Shown: positions 27,006 through 36,831, counted from the first letter of the stretch. The stretch is DNA of 64,000 bases from an uncultured Gammaproteobacteria bacterium (GCA_964466315.1 CAYXNS010000005.1:17498-81497), one strand, 5' to 3'. The notes: generated by a model not told the origin, from the sequence alone. Translations and numbers: made by a program.

Positions 27006-27689
27006 TTACTCTGCGGCTAGATTGGTCGTGCCCTCGGACCACTGCAGAAAAAGCCGCGCGTCGATGCCCCCGGGGCCCTGTATCCGGTCGAACTCCGAGA
27101 TCTTATAGCTCTCGACGGCCGTGCCGCGAAGATTGGCGAAACTGCCCGTCCCACCGGACACGATAGCCGAGCCTTCGTCGCCGGGGCCCGCTGTCGGGCG
27201 GTAATTCTTCGGTCCTTGCCACGGCCTGCCGAGATACCAGACCGGAATCAGTGTCTCTTTCAGGAACGGCCATAGATTACTGTCGGCGCGAATAATAAAC
27301 GAACCTTCACCCGGAATCGTCACGAGCCAGTCATCGCCAACGAGAACGCCGCGAGTCAGCATCTCGGTGCTCTCGGAGAACTGGCTGACGCGGCTCGCGA
27401 TGCCGACAGGTACTTCGTCTTGATCATGAAGCACGACGACACTCAGCATCGAGTTACTGATCGTGCTCTCCCACAACTCAGGGATGGCTGCCGGCTGTAA
27501 CGGTAAGCGTGATCGCCCACTATGCGTGATCGCGAGTCCCTCGGTGAAAGGCGAACCGTAAGCAAGCACGCGTGCATTAACGCCGGCGATGACGCCCGAG
27601 TCGGCGGTAAATGGGTTGAAGTAAATCCCGATGAGTACCGGCGCGCAGCCAACGAGAAACCCGAGAACTGTCAGGAGCAGATATCTCAT
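27006..27689 (-). CDS. hypothetical lipoprotein/exported protein, paralog 1 of a tandem pair
   Basis: 227 aa with a lipobox-like LVGC. The C-terminal IVSGGTGSFANLRGTAVESYKI is faintly dirigent-like. Shares motifs with the upstream gene. Confidence 0.55.
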   Translation of the reverse strand: MRYLLLTVLGFLVGCAPVLIGIYFNPFTADSGVIAGVNARVLAYGSPFTEGLAITHSGRSRLPLQPAAIPELWESTISNSMLSVVVLHDQDEVPVGIASRVSQFSESTEMLTRGVLVGDDWLVTIPGEGSFIIRADSNLWPFLKETLIPVWYLGRPWQGPKNYRPTAGPGDEGSAIVSGGTGSFANLRGTAVESYKISEFDRIQGPGGIDARLFLQWSEGTTNLAAE

Positions 27690-28336
27690 TCGGCTAACTC
27701 GGCCGTGGTGTACAGGTTGATCGTCCCGCGCAATTCGCCCGCTTGACTCACTCCGCTGATCGACCAGCCTTCCGTGTAGGATCCGATCAGATCTTCGAAC
27801 TCGTGACTGCCACCGGCGATCTGGCCAGAGTCGGCCCCCGACTCACCCAGCGTCAACTCGAGTTCACCGCTCCATGCCTGCCCATCGATACGGCCGGCAG
27901 CGGCAAGCTCACGGTCCAGAGATCCCGGCTCGGCCGCACCAAGCAGATGCAACGTGCCGCGGCTCGGGATCGTCAGTGCCCATGCCGTAGTCGGCGACTC
28001 AGCCGTGACGCTCGCATGCCTCGCGGCAACGCCGATCACGTCACCCTTGATATTGCGGAGCTTGAAATGCTCGACGAGCACGGGCTCGTCTGTCATCTCG
28101 GCCGGTAGCTCGACGCCCTCGGGATAACCCCTGGCTCTGAGCCCCATTTCGGCGGTCCCCGCAGTCATTATACGGTCGACGGGGAAACGGATCACGAAGT
28201 CCTCAACGCGGCCTCCATTGTGGCGCACGGTCGTCAACGACGCAGAGCGAGGGTGATCTACCCAGGGGAAAAACCGAGCAGCGCCCAGAGCCACTACGAG
28301 GCCCAGGATAATCCCTACGACAAAGGCTGATTTCAT
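27686..28336 (-). CDS. hypothetical membrane-anchored/exported protein, paralog 2 of a tandem pair
   Basis: 216 aa with an N-terminal TM. WALTIPSRGTL and IAGGSHEFEDLIGSYTEGWSI parallel WLVTIPGEGSF and VSGGTGSFANLRGTAVESYKI of paralog 1. ATGA overlap. Confidence 0.55.
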   Translation of the reverse strand: MKSAFVVGIILGLVVALGAARFFPWVDHPRSASLTTVRHNGGRVEDFVIRFPVDRIMTAGTAEMGLRARGYPEGVELPAEMTDEPVLVEHFKLRNIKGDVIGVAARHASVTAESPTTAWALTIPSRGTLHLLGAAEPGSLDRELAAAGRIDGQAWSGELELTLGESGADSGQIAGGSHEFEDLIGSYTEGWSISGVSQAGELRGTINLYTTAELAE

Positions 28337-28433
28337 TGAGTATTAGCTTACTGATCGCGCCTGGAACGTAAAGTATCTCGGCTTCAGCCGTCGAATTCGG
28401 GTACGGATTTCACAAAATAGCATGCTCGCGACT

Positions 28434-29987
28434 CTAAATCTGTCCGAAATAGCAGGCAAGATACTTCTCGAAAGATGGCCCGGGCATACGCTCCAGGGCC
28501 AGGGCACGCTCGAGAGACTGCTCCGCGGCGCCCGTGAAAAGCTCGAGCTTATCTGCGGGCAAGCGCAGACTGCGAAAATACTCGGCGTGCGCTCTCGTAA
28601 TCTCCAGTGAGAATTCGAGGAAACTCTGACCTTCCGCGCGCATCTCCGCGACGACTTGAGCCGATGGCGTCGCGTCCGGATCCAGCAGCGCCCCACGCTG
28701 CGCCTCCACGGTCGCCAGATAGCCCTCATCGTCGGCGTCCAAAATCGCGGCGACTTCCTGGATGCGGTCGACGAGTTCGATCCCCCAATCGAGCATCGAG
28801 ACGTCGTGCCCGTTTCGCGGCAGAAGGATCCCGGGTCGGCGCCCCTCCTTCGCAACGGTCAGGTCTCTGGCGTCTATTTCGGCCTGCTCCACGACATCGA
28901 TCGGTGGACTTTCAGTCATGAGACAGTAGATCAGCGCGGCCTCCACGAAGCGTAGTTGGCTCTGATTGACGCCGACCGGATCGAGCATGTTGATGTCGAA
29001 CGTCCGCACCTCGACGTACTCGACACCAGTGTCGCGCAGCCGAACGGTCGGCGGGCTGTCGCCCCCGGGCACGGGTTTGGGACGGATCGAGCTGTAATAC
29101 TCGTTCTCGATCTGGAGAATGTTCGTATTGAGCTGCCGGTACTCGCCGTTAATGCGAATCCCGATCTTCTCGTAGTCCCTGCTCGATGTCGTGATTGCCG
29201 CGGCGAGCTCGGTCGTGTAATCCGCGAGCGCATTCGCAGAGATCTGCAATCGAGCCAGCGACTTGTTCCGGTAACCGATATCGCTCATGCGCAACGAGGT
29301 ACTGAACGGCCCGTACCATGTCGACGGCTCGAGCTCCTCCAGGTCATCATGACCGCCCGGACAAAATGATTTGCAAAGTGCGGGCGAGGCCCCGAAAAGA
29401 TAAATGAAAAGCCAGGCCAGGCGCCGGTAATTTCTGACTAAGCCCATATACCGCTCCGAGACGAAACTCTCGAGCGCGTCAGCGCACTCCTGCTGCTCAC
29501 GGAAAGGCTCCCAGAAAGACATCGGCATCGAGAAGTTGTAGTGAACGCCCGATATCGCCTGCATAGCACGGCCGTAGCGGTGGCCGAGTCCACGCCGATA
29601 AATCGATTTCATCTGACCGAGATTCGAGGGTCCATAAGCGGCGATCGGAAAATCCTGGTTCGGGTTGACGATGCAGGGCATGCTCTGAGCCCACAAGAAC
29701 TCGTCTTCGAGGTTCTGACAGACAAAACAGTGGCTGTCACACAGAAACTGAAACGTCTCCCAGTTCGTCGGATAGGGCGGTGTTACGAATTCCAGCTGAG
29801 CTTCGGAGTAGTCCGTCGTCAGATAGGGGTGTGTGAGCTTAGAGCCCAGGCGAGCGGGGTGCATACGTGTGGACAGATGGCCCTCGCCATCGACGCGAAG
29901 GCATTCCTTCTCGATGCCGCGTAGCCCACGCCGTATCAGATTGGCATGCGCCCCGTCCTGCAACCAGCCGAGTTGCGAATCCTGCAA
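28434..29987 (-). CDS. gshA: glutamate--cysteine ligase (proteobacterial GshA type)
   Basis: 517 aa with RGLRGIEKECLRV, TTDYSEAQLEFVTPP and YVEVRTFDINMLDPVG. Confidence 0.9.
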   Translation of the reverse strand: MQDSQLGWLQDGAHANLIRRGLRGIEKECLRVDGEGHLSTRMHPARLGSKLTHPYLTTDYSEAQLEFVTPPYPTNWETFQFLCDSHCFVCQNLEDEFLWAQSMPCIVNPNQDFPIAAYGPSNLGQMKSIYRRGLGHRYGRAMQAISGVHYNFSMPMSFWEPFREQQECADALESFVSERYMGLVRNYRRLAWLFIYLFGASPALCKSFCPGGHDDLEELEPSTWYGPFSTSLRMSDIGYRNKSLARLQISANALADYTTELAAAITTSSRDYEKIGIRINGEYRQLNTNILQIENEYYSSIRPKPVPGGDSPPTVRLRDTGVEYVEVRTFDINMLDPVGVNQSQLRFVEAALIYCLMTESPPIDVVEQAEIDARDLTVAKEGRRPGILLPRNGHDVSMLDWGIELVDRIQEVAAILDADDEGYLATVEAQRGALLDPDATPSAQVVAEMRAEGQSFLEFSLEITRAHAEYFRSLRLPADKLELFTGAAEQSLERALALERMPGPSFEKYLACYFGQI

Positions 29988-30190
29988 AGCGGTATCCCGT
30001 TCTATTGCTCGCCGAATCCGTTACCACCACCAGGTAACGGCGTCTCTACGGTCCGCCTGCGTGGCGGGCGACCCATTATAGGCGCAAGAAATACGCCAAA
30101 TCGGCGCACCATAGACATTTTCGCCCGGGGAATTCCGGACGGGATTAATGGTCAAAGACAGAGTTGAGCCGGCTCTTGCGGGTGCCATCT

Positions 30191-30538
30191 ATGAATAAAA
30201 GCAGAACCGTCGCATCAGCGACCCTGATCGTCCTGGGGTTAACCAGCGCCTTCAACGCCTACGCCATGCGCTGCGGCACACGACTCATCGCCAGAGGCGA
30301 CCATATCTCGAAGCTACTGCGCTACTGTGGCGAGCCCGATTTCGCCCAATCGCGGTCAGCGCAACGGACTTACCATAACCACTTCGGCCAGGTGCTTTTC
30401 ACGGGTCTGCACGAGGAGATCCGGATCGACGAATGGACCTATAACTTCGGGCCTAGCAAGCTCATGCGTGTTATCAGGATGGAGAATGGTATCGTGCGCG
30501 AGATCCGGCACCTCGGGTACGGTTATCCCCGGCGCTAG
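30191..30538 (+). CDS. DUF2845-like small periplasmic protein
   Basis: Signal peptide, then MRCGTRLIARGDHISKLLRYCGEP ... WTYNFGPSKLMRVIRMENGIV, the pattern I recall for DUF2845. Confidence 0.65.
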   Translation: MNKSRTVASATLIVLGLTSAFNAYAMRCGTRLIARGDHISKLLRYCGEPDFAQSRSAQRTYHNHFGQVLFTGLHEEIRIDEWTYNFGPSKLMRVIRMENGIVREIRHLGYGYPRR

Positions 30539-30816
30539 CCGGTCGAGCCGTCACTCAGGCTCAGCATTTCCTCCATCTCGTGGCCGATGACATCGCGGGT
30601 CTCCGAGTCTACGATCGGCTTTCCTCGTCGGAAACACCCCGACTGGGATGCCGTTTTCTCGAACTCTTCGTCGGATTCTATGGCCTCGAGTTTGACGTTC
30701 CCGTCGGCATCACGAACGAGACATTGCGCTCCGTCGACGAAGTCACGGGGCTGCCAGCGCTCATCGTCCGAGTTCCCGAGTAATAGTGCGATGGTTTCCG
30801 TATCGTCATCATTCAT
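30535..30816 (-). CDS. hypothetical acidic protein
   Basis: 93-aa Asp/Glu-rich ORF with no recognised family. 4-nt convergent overlap with the DUF2845 gene. Confidence 0.4.
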   Translation of the reverse strand: MNDDDTETIALLLGNSDDERWQPRDFVDGAQCLVRDADGNVKLEAIESDEEFEKTASQSGCFRRGKPIVDSETRDVIGHEMEEMLSLSDGSTG

Positions 30817-31044
30817 TGTGGCCGGCCTTCCTTACCTATTTCCCGTGTACTGAGCAAGGTCCGTGCCAGATACGGAACCTTTCTTATAAACAAATGCTTA
30901 TCGTTAAATTTCTCAGTCGGATGAGGTGACCATCCGGGTCAAAAGTTGACGCAAAGTGACGACATCGGGACACGTGAACGGCGTCACACCGCCGTCCAGT
31001 TCAATGAGCTAAGTTTGCTCACAATGGTTAGGCAGATTGGGGCC

Positions 31045-31458
31045 ATGACTATGCTCAAGCGCAATACTCTCGATTCCCCCGCCGGAGCGGCTACATACAT
31101 CGCTCCCGGCACCAAGATCGTCGGCGATTTATCTGGAGAAGGCACCTATTTTTTCTGCGGCGAGATCGAAGGCGAGTGCGACATCAATGGACCGATAACG
31201 ATCGCCGAGGGTAGCTATTGGAAAGGGTCGGTGCGTGCCACCGAAATCATTCTTGCCGGCTCGGTAGATGGCGACATCATCGCGAAAGAACGCGTCGAGA
31301 TCGCCGGCACCGCTCACATTACCGGTAGCCTTCGCGGCAGCTCCATCGTCGTCGCGGAGGGCGCGGTGATCGAAGATGCTGTCAACATTTCCAAAACCAA
31401 GGAAACTGAACGACCAAAAGTTCGTTCCGGGCTACAGGTCAGTCCAGCAAGATCCTGA
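31045..31458 (+). CDS. bactofilin (polymer-forming cytoskeletal protein)
   Basis: Beta-helical repeat pattern IAPGTKIVGDLSGEGTYFFCGEIEGEC..ITIAEGSYWKGSVRATEIILAGSVDGDIIAKERVEIAGTAHITGSL. Start at ATG 31045 within ORF 30946..31458. Confidence 0.8.
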   Translation: MTMLKRNTLDSPAGAATYIAPGTKIVGDLSGEGTYFFCGEIEGECDINGPITIAEGSYWKGSVRATEIILAGSVDGDIIAKERVEIAGTAHITGSLRGSSIVVAEGAVIEDAVNISKTKETERPKVRSGLQVSPARS

Positions 31459-32671
31459 CCTCGACACGCTGATTGGCCGCGGCGATCTCGTTCCACTCAT
31501 CAGCCGTTAGACCCTGCGTGAAAGACGGGTAAGCTACCCGCGGCTGGCTCGCACCGTGCGATATGATCTCGAAGCGAACAACTCCGTCACGCGATTCCAA
31601 GGCGATCGCATTTGCAAACGGCAGCGATTGTTGCGCGCCGTACGCCTCCGCCTCGGGCCAGCCCAGTTGCTGACAGGTAGCGAGCGGTGCTGCCGCGGGC
31701 GGCAGCGCGAGCACACCATCCGACCCGGTACTCATACAATAACGGCCCACGTGCACATCGACGGCAATCGTGCCGGAGATATCGAGGCTGCGCATGCGTT
31801 GTGCCAGTTCCGTCAATAACTCCGCCCGGCTGCCGTTCAACGCCGTCTCCCCGAATGGGTAGCTTTCCGCCTGGTTGATACCCCATTCCAGTATCGTGAG
31901 CAGTTCGGTCGAATCGACCGCTGCTGTGCTGTCGCTGAGGGGCGCAGACTCCAGCAACGCCGTCTCTGCCTGCAACCCGTCGACCAATACGGTAATGCGC
32001 TCGTTTGCTTGCGCCAACAACGACCGCGTGTCGAAGTACAAGTACGCAAAACTGATCGTCGTGGCTGCAAGTATCGCGAGTCCGATGACCAGGAGCCCCG
32101 CACGCATATCATCCGGGCCATTGTCGAGATCCAGTTGTCTGCGCGTGATAGTGTCCCCCGCGATCCGCTCGTAACCGCGACGAATATCGTCCCGCAGAAT
32201 CGCACGCTGCTCCTTGAATAACTCCTCGAGCAAGGTATTGACCTGGTTGCTGTCGGCGGTATCTGTCGCCGGCAAATCGACGGCGTCCTGCTCGGGTTTC
32301 TTGGGAGTCAGATGCAGCGCATCAAGTACCTTCGTCACTTCTACCGAGTGTACCTGCTTGGGAAGAACGCCTATCGCGCCGAGCGCTCGAGCCTGGCCGA
32401 CATAGAGTTCTCCTTCCTGAGACGTGTACATCATGACCGGGATTGTGGCGGTCGCAGGATTTTCTTTGTTGGCCTCCAAAGCCTGGAAACCATCCATACC
32501 CGGCAACAGGTGATCCATGAAGATGACGTCGGGCCGCGCATGCCGTAGATACTCCAGCGCCTCCTCACCGGAAGCGGCCGTATCGACCCAGAGCGACTGC
32601 TCGGCCAGCGTGCTCCCCAGCACGAAGCGGGCGGACGCCGAATCGTCAACGATTAATGCTGTCTTCGTCAT
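31439..32671 (-). CDS. response regulator: REC domain - TM helix - periplasmic OmpA/MotB-like domain
   Basis: REC (LIVDDSASARF..DVIFMDHLLPGMDG..), a TM helix (GLLVIGLAILAATTISFAYLYF), and a C-terminus ending NQRVEVRILLD, like the NRRVEI end of OmpA_C domains. Confidence 0.7.
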   Translation of the reverse strand: MTKTALIVDDSASARFVLGSTLAEQSLWVDTAASGEEALEYLRHARPDVIFMDHLLPGMDGFQALEANKENPATATIPVMMYTSQEGELYVGQARALGAIGVLPKQVHSVEVTKVLDALHLTPKKPEQDAVDLPATDTADSNQVNTLLEELFKEQRAILRDDIRRGYERIAGDTITRRQLDLDNGPDDMRAGLLVIGLAILAATTISFAYLYFDTRSLLAQANERITVLVDGLQAETALLESAPLSDSTAAVDSTELLTILEWGINQAESYPFGETALNGSRAELLTELAQRMRSLDISGTIAVDVHVGRYCMSTGSDGVLALPPAAAPLATCQQLGWPEAEAYGAQQSLPFANAIALESRDGVVRFEIISHGASQPRVAYPSFTQGLTADEWNEIAAANQRVEVRILLD

Positions 32672-32905
32672 GTTGTCTGGCGACGGGTGGGCCGGGATAC
32701 GCAGCGATACAGCCTGGCTCCGAGAACCTCCAAGTCATGCTGATTCCTGTATTTTCCCCTTTTTTTTAGGGATTCTGTAGTATCAAGCGCGACAGCGGCC
32801 TCCCAGTGTGTTTTGCTGGACATTAGCTACCGGCGCGGCGCCGGAAGGGGGCATGCGATCTCGGGACCTAGGGGGGTCCCAGGGGTCACTAGAAAATTCG
32901 CATTC

Positions 32906-34945
32906 ATGAGCCGTCACATCATTAAATACCTGGCGGGTACCGCAATCGTCCTGGGTGCAATCTATGTGTTGCTCGCGGCGGTCGTGATATCGTCCGATCC
33001 TGCAGTACTTGGTAGCGCGAGCACGCGCCGGCTACTACTCGGAGTGGGGTTCCTGGCATTCTGCGCCTCGCTGATCGCGGTCTGGTTCGTCGCCAGTCGC
33101 CTCGAGATTCCGCTCGATAAGCTGACTTCTGCTCTCAAGCTCGCCACGCGTGGTGACTACGACGCAGCGCCCCTGACGGGCGGCCGGGACGGCCCGTCCG
33201 AGCTGGTCGATGCCTTCGATACCATGCGCGAGCAACTGAAAACGAGCGTCATCACTCGAGACTACCTCGACCGTCTACTCTCGAGCATGCGAGACGCGAT
33301 CATTGTCGTCGGTCCGGACGAGAAGATTGTCCGAGTGAACGCGGCTGCGGCCGATCTCCTCGACTATGCAACCGACGCGCTGATCGGCCAACCATTGGCG
33401 ACAGTGGTCCACCGGGATATCAAAGGACCTTCCGGGCATGCTCCATCAACGGCGACACCCTTCGACGGCGTCTTTCGCAAACGAGACGGCTCGCCGATCG
33501 CTGTCTCGTATACCGTTTCCGATGTACGAAATGACCGCGGTGAACTCGAAGGGCGTATTCTCACGGCGCAGAACGCTGCCGAGAGGAAGCGTGCCGAGCA
33601 GCGGATTCGCTACCTGGCGCGGACGGACTCGTTGACGAAGATGGCCAACCGAATGCAGTTTCAACATCAACTGCAGCAGGGAATTGCCAGGGCGAAGCGA
33701 ACCGGCCAATACCTGGCTCTACTCTATCTGGATATCGATCGCTTCAAAGATATTAATGACACTTTCGGTCACGGCGCAGGCGACACGAGCCTGGAGATTT
33801 TCGCGCAGCGAATCATGGCGGAGCTACCCGAGGGCGCTGTGGGCGGGCGGTTGGCTGGAGATGAGTTCGCGGTAATCTTGAGCGGCTTCGAGCGCATCGA
33901 GGCCATGGCTGATGCGGTCACCGAGACTGCCGATTCTTTGCTGAAAGCAATCGGACGCCCGTTCCACGTGCAGGGCGAAGAGATCTTCATAACGACGAGT
34001 ATGGGCGCCGCTTACTATCCCGGCGATGGTGACAACGTGATCGACCTGATTCGAAACGGGGACGCCGCGCTTTATCAAGCGAAGAAGGCGGGCGGTAACT
34101 GCCTCGAACGATACTCCTCCGACATGAATACGGTGGCCGTCGAACGGCTGATGCTAAAGAGTAAACTGCGCCGCTCGTTCGAACGCGAAGAGCTGAGGCT
34201 GCATTACCAGCCCAAGTACAATCTCCGAACCGGTCGCGTAGAGGGAATGGAAGCACTCGTTCGCTGGGATCTGCCGGACCGGGGGCTGGTCTATCCTTCC
34301 GATTTCATACCGCTCGCCGAGGAGACCAACCTCATCCTGCAAGTCGGAGACTGGGTGCTCAACCGGGTCTGTGAAGACTATCGCCTCTGGCAGCGTTCAC
34401 TTCCGTCTCCCGGGCGGGTCTCGGTCAATCTTTCCCTGAAGCAGCTACAGCAGCAGCGGTTCCTCGAGAACGTTCGCGCCATATTCAAGAGGCATGGCGT
34501 ATCCCCAACATGCCTGGAACTCGAGATAACCGAAACGACGCTGATGGACGACGCGGAACGAACGATCCGGATTCTCGATGCCCTCTACGGCATGGGGTTG
34601 CATCTCGCCATCGACGATTTCGGCACCGGCTACTCGTCTCTCAGTGCTCTACAGCAGTTCCCGATCAGCACCCTCAAGATCGACAAGTCGTTCGTGCATG
34701 ATATCGCCGTCGATCAGGGCGACGCAACGATTGTCGCGACGATAATCAAGATGGCGCGCAGCCTGAATATGGATGTCGTCGCCGAGGGCGTCGAATGGCA
34801 GGAGCAACTTGACTTTCTGCGCGAGCACAAGTGCGACTACGTGCAGGGTCACTTGTTTGGCGACCCGATGACTGCCGAGGGTCTGCTCGAGTTACTGATC
34901 GACCAGGAGGAAGGCAGTAATCAGTATCGGACCTTGTTCGGCTGA
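32906..34945 (+). CDS. membrane-bound HAMP-PAS-GGDEF-EAL c-di-GMP signalling protein
   Basis: Two TM helices, HAMP, PAS, GGDEF (LAGDEFAV) and EAL (LELEITE, DDFGTGYSS, KIDKSF). Start at ATG 32906 within ORF 32813..34945. Confidence 0.85.
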   Translation: MSRHIIKYLAGTAIVLGAIYVLLAAVVISSDPAVLGSASTRRLLLGVGFLAFCASLIAVWFVASRLEIPLDKLTSALKLATRGDYDAAPLTGGRDGPSELVDAFDTMREQLKTSVITRDYLDRLLSSMRDAIIVVGPDEKIVRVNAAAADLLDYATDALIGQPLATVVHRDIKGPSGHAPSTATPFDGVFRKRDGSPIAVSYTVSDVRNDRGELEGRILTAQNAAERKRAEQRIRYLARTDSLTKMANRMQFQHQLQQGIARAKRTGQYLALLYLDIDRFKDINDTFGHGAGDTSLEIFAQRIMAELPEGAVGGRLAGDEFAVILSGFERIEAMADAVTETADSLLKAIGRPFHVQGEEIFITTSMGAAYYPGDGDNVIDLIRNGDAALYQAKKAGGNCLERYSSDMNTVAVERLMLKSKLRRSFEREELRLHYQPKYNLRTGRVEGMEALVRWDLPDRGLVYPSDFIPLAEETNLILQVGDWVLNRVCEDYRLWQRSLPSPGRVSVNLSLKQLQQQRFLENVRAIFKRHGVSPTCLELEITETTLMDDAERTIRILDALYGMGLHLAIDDFGTGYSSLSALQQFPISTLKIDKSFVHDIAVDQGDATIVATIIKMARSLNMDVVAEGVEWQEQLDFLREHKCDYVQGHLFGDPMTAEGLLELLIDQEEGSNQYRTLFG

Positions 34946-35052
34946 TTGCGCACGTTAATGCCGGCAACGGCGACGTGGGGGACACATGGAATCGCCTGAG
35001 TCCCTACGGTATAGTCTGGGCATCAAAACACGGATAACGTCGGAGTAACAAC

Positions 35053-35424
35053 ATGAATTTTATAAGATTTCTAGTTGTACTAGTGGCTTTCGGCGTAGCG
35101 ACGACGAGCCTGGCCTGTGATTATCCGGCACTCATTACGATCCCTGACGGCCAGACGTCAACCATGGCGGAGATGGTCTCTGCGCAGAGTGCGGTCACCG
35201 AGTATCTGGCCGCGATGGACGGCTACATCGATTGTGTTAGTGACGAAATCGTCGCCACAGGCGACGATGCACCAGCCGAATACAAGTCCATCATGTACAG
35301 CCGCCACAATACCGCGGTTGCCGAGATGGAAGCCGTTGCAACAATGTTCAACGAGCAGATAGCCGCCTTTTATGACGCGAATCCGCCCGGGCCGAGACCT
35401 GGTGGGATGGGGGCGGGTGGCTAA
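35053..35424 (+). CDS. small exported hypothetical protein
   Basis: 123 aa with a signal peptide, then Cys, and a Pro/Gly-rich tail. No family recognised. Confidence 0.5.
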   Translation: MNFIRFLVVLVAFGVATTSLACDYPALITIPDGQTSTMAEMVSAQSAVTEYLAAMDGYIDCVSDEIVATGDDAPAEYKSIMYSRHNTAVAEMEAVATMFNEQIAAFYDANPPGPRPGGMGAGG

Positions 35425-35430
35425 GACTCC

Positions 35431-35844
35431 CTAGTCTTTTAGAGATTCAAATTCCTGGTCGAGCTTGAAATGGCTCGATGTCAGATACTTCTCCATACGC
35501 TGCAGTCGTGCTTCGACCTCCCGGAAGCGGTGTTTCACGCGGTCGAGCGTAGCGTGGGGTGCAGACCGAACCTGACGCTTTAAGGACTTGCTCTCCGCGT
35601 CCGCCGGCCGACCGAGAGCGCGTGGTTTCTTCGGTAGCAATAGCGCCAGCAAGCCGTAGGCGATAAACGTCGGCAGCGTGAAGAAGAGTAAGCTGAGCGC
35701 CGTCATTATTCGCGTTACGACGATATCGAAGCCGAAGTAGTCGGAAAGGCCTGCGCAAATACCGAAGATCACGCCACCGTCGCGGTCTTGATACAATCTC
35801 CGCCCACGCAGAGAGGCCATCGAGGTGCTGCGCGGTCCACTCAT
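35431..35844 (-). CDS. pspC: phage shock protein C
   Basis: LYQDRDGGVIFGICAGLSDYFGFDIVVTRIMTAL matches the PspC domain. Third gene after pspA and pspB, with a 4-nt overlap. Confidence 0.85.
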   Translation of the reverse strand: MSGPRSTSMASLRGRRLYQDRDGGVIFGICAGLSDYFGFDIVVTRIMTALSLLFFTLPTFIAYGLLALLLPKKPRALGRPADAESKSLKRQVRSAPHATLDRVKHRFREVEARLQRMEKYLTSSHFKLDQEFESLKD

Positions 35845-36068
35845 AGTCGTTTCCTCCAGTCCGGAACTTCATCTTCGAGAATCGCTTCGAGCGAATTCAT
35901 CCGACTCTCCATCTGCTGGCTCGTGCGCCATAGCTCTTCGAGCATTCGTTCCTCATCTTCCGAAAGACCCTGAGTTGCTTTCCACTTGGTGATGTAATGC
36001 ATGATGACGGCCAACGGCAGAACGCAGAAGCCGACCGCAACGATGAGAATGATTAGTACGACTTCCAT
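35841..36068 (-). CDS. pspB: phage shock protein B
   Basis: 75 aa with a single N-terminal TM, then HYITKWK..LSEDEERMLEELW, typical of PspB. Confidence 0.85.
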   Translation of the reverse strand: MEVVLIILIVAVGFCVLPLAVIMHYITKWKATQGLSEDEERMLEELWRTSQQMESRMNSLEAILEDEVPDWRKRL

Positions 36069-36073
36069 CCTGC

Positions 36074-36760
36074 TTATCCGGCTTCTGAACTCTCGACGGG
36101 GAGCTTAGCGCGTCGCGACTTGAGATCCTGCAACTCCTGCTCAACCGCTTCCGCCGATTCTAAGTCGGAAAATTCCTGGTTCAAATCCTTCTTCGTGCCG
36201 ATATCGTAAGCCTCGACGCGCCCCTCGAGGCCGTCGATCCGCCGCTCGAAGCCTTCGAAGCGAACGAGCGCGTCATCGATTCTATAGTCGTGGATCTTCG
36301 TGCGGACCTCCAGCTGTCGTGTCGCCGCTTCATGCCGAACCAGTATCGCCTGTTGTCGAACCTTGGCGACATCGAGTTTCTCCTCGAGTCGGGCAACGTC
36401 GGCATTGAGCTTTTCCAGACCTTCATCGAGAGCGGCCAGGGTCGCCTCGAGCGCATCGATGGATTTCGTTACGCGAGACTTCTCTGCTAATGCCGCCTTG
36501 GCAAGGTCATCCCGTCCCTTGTCGATAGCCAGCTCGGCCTTGGCTTGCCAATCGCCCACCTCGTGCTGGTAAGCCTTCAATGCCCGCGAGGCCTCCTTGC
36601 GATCGGCGATGGACCGTACCGCCGCAGAGCGGACCTCGACCAGCGTGCCCTCCATCTCCTGGATCATGAGCCGTACGATCTTCTCAGGATCTTCTGCCTT
36701 GTCGAGGATCGCGTTGATATTGGAATTAACGATGTCCGTGAAGCGTGAAAAGATACCCAT
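36074..36760 (-). CDS. pspA: phage shock protein A
   Basis: MGIFSRFTDIVNSNINAILDKAEDPEKIVRLMIQEM N-terminus, with a coiled coil throughout. Confidence 0.9.
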   Translation of the reverse strand: MGIFSRFTDIVNSNINAILDKAEDPEKIVRLMIQEMEGTLVEVRSAAVRSIADRKEASRALKAYQHEVGDWQAKAELAIDKGRDDLAKAALAEKSRVTKSIDALEATLAALDEGLEKLNADVARLEEKLDVAKVRQQAILVRHEAATRQLEVRTKIHDYRIDDALVRFEGFERRIDGLEGRVEAYDIGTKKDLNQEFSDLESAEAVEQELQDLKSRRAKLPVESSEAG

Positions 36761-36831
36761 GCCTAAACCCTCTGTCGTTTACCCGCCGCCGTCTTCATGG
36801 CGTGTGCATTCGTAATGGCTACGCTCTGTTT

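Noticed and set aside
29990-30190. Short inverted repeats (GTTACC-N7-GGTAAC; CCGCC-N5-GGCGG) in the gshA / DUF2845 divergent region, as possible riboswitch or operator elements.
   Set aside because: Arms of 5-6 bp are expected by chance at this GC content, and no known riboswitch consensus was recognised.
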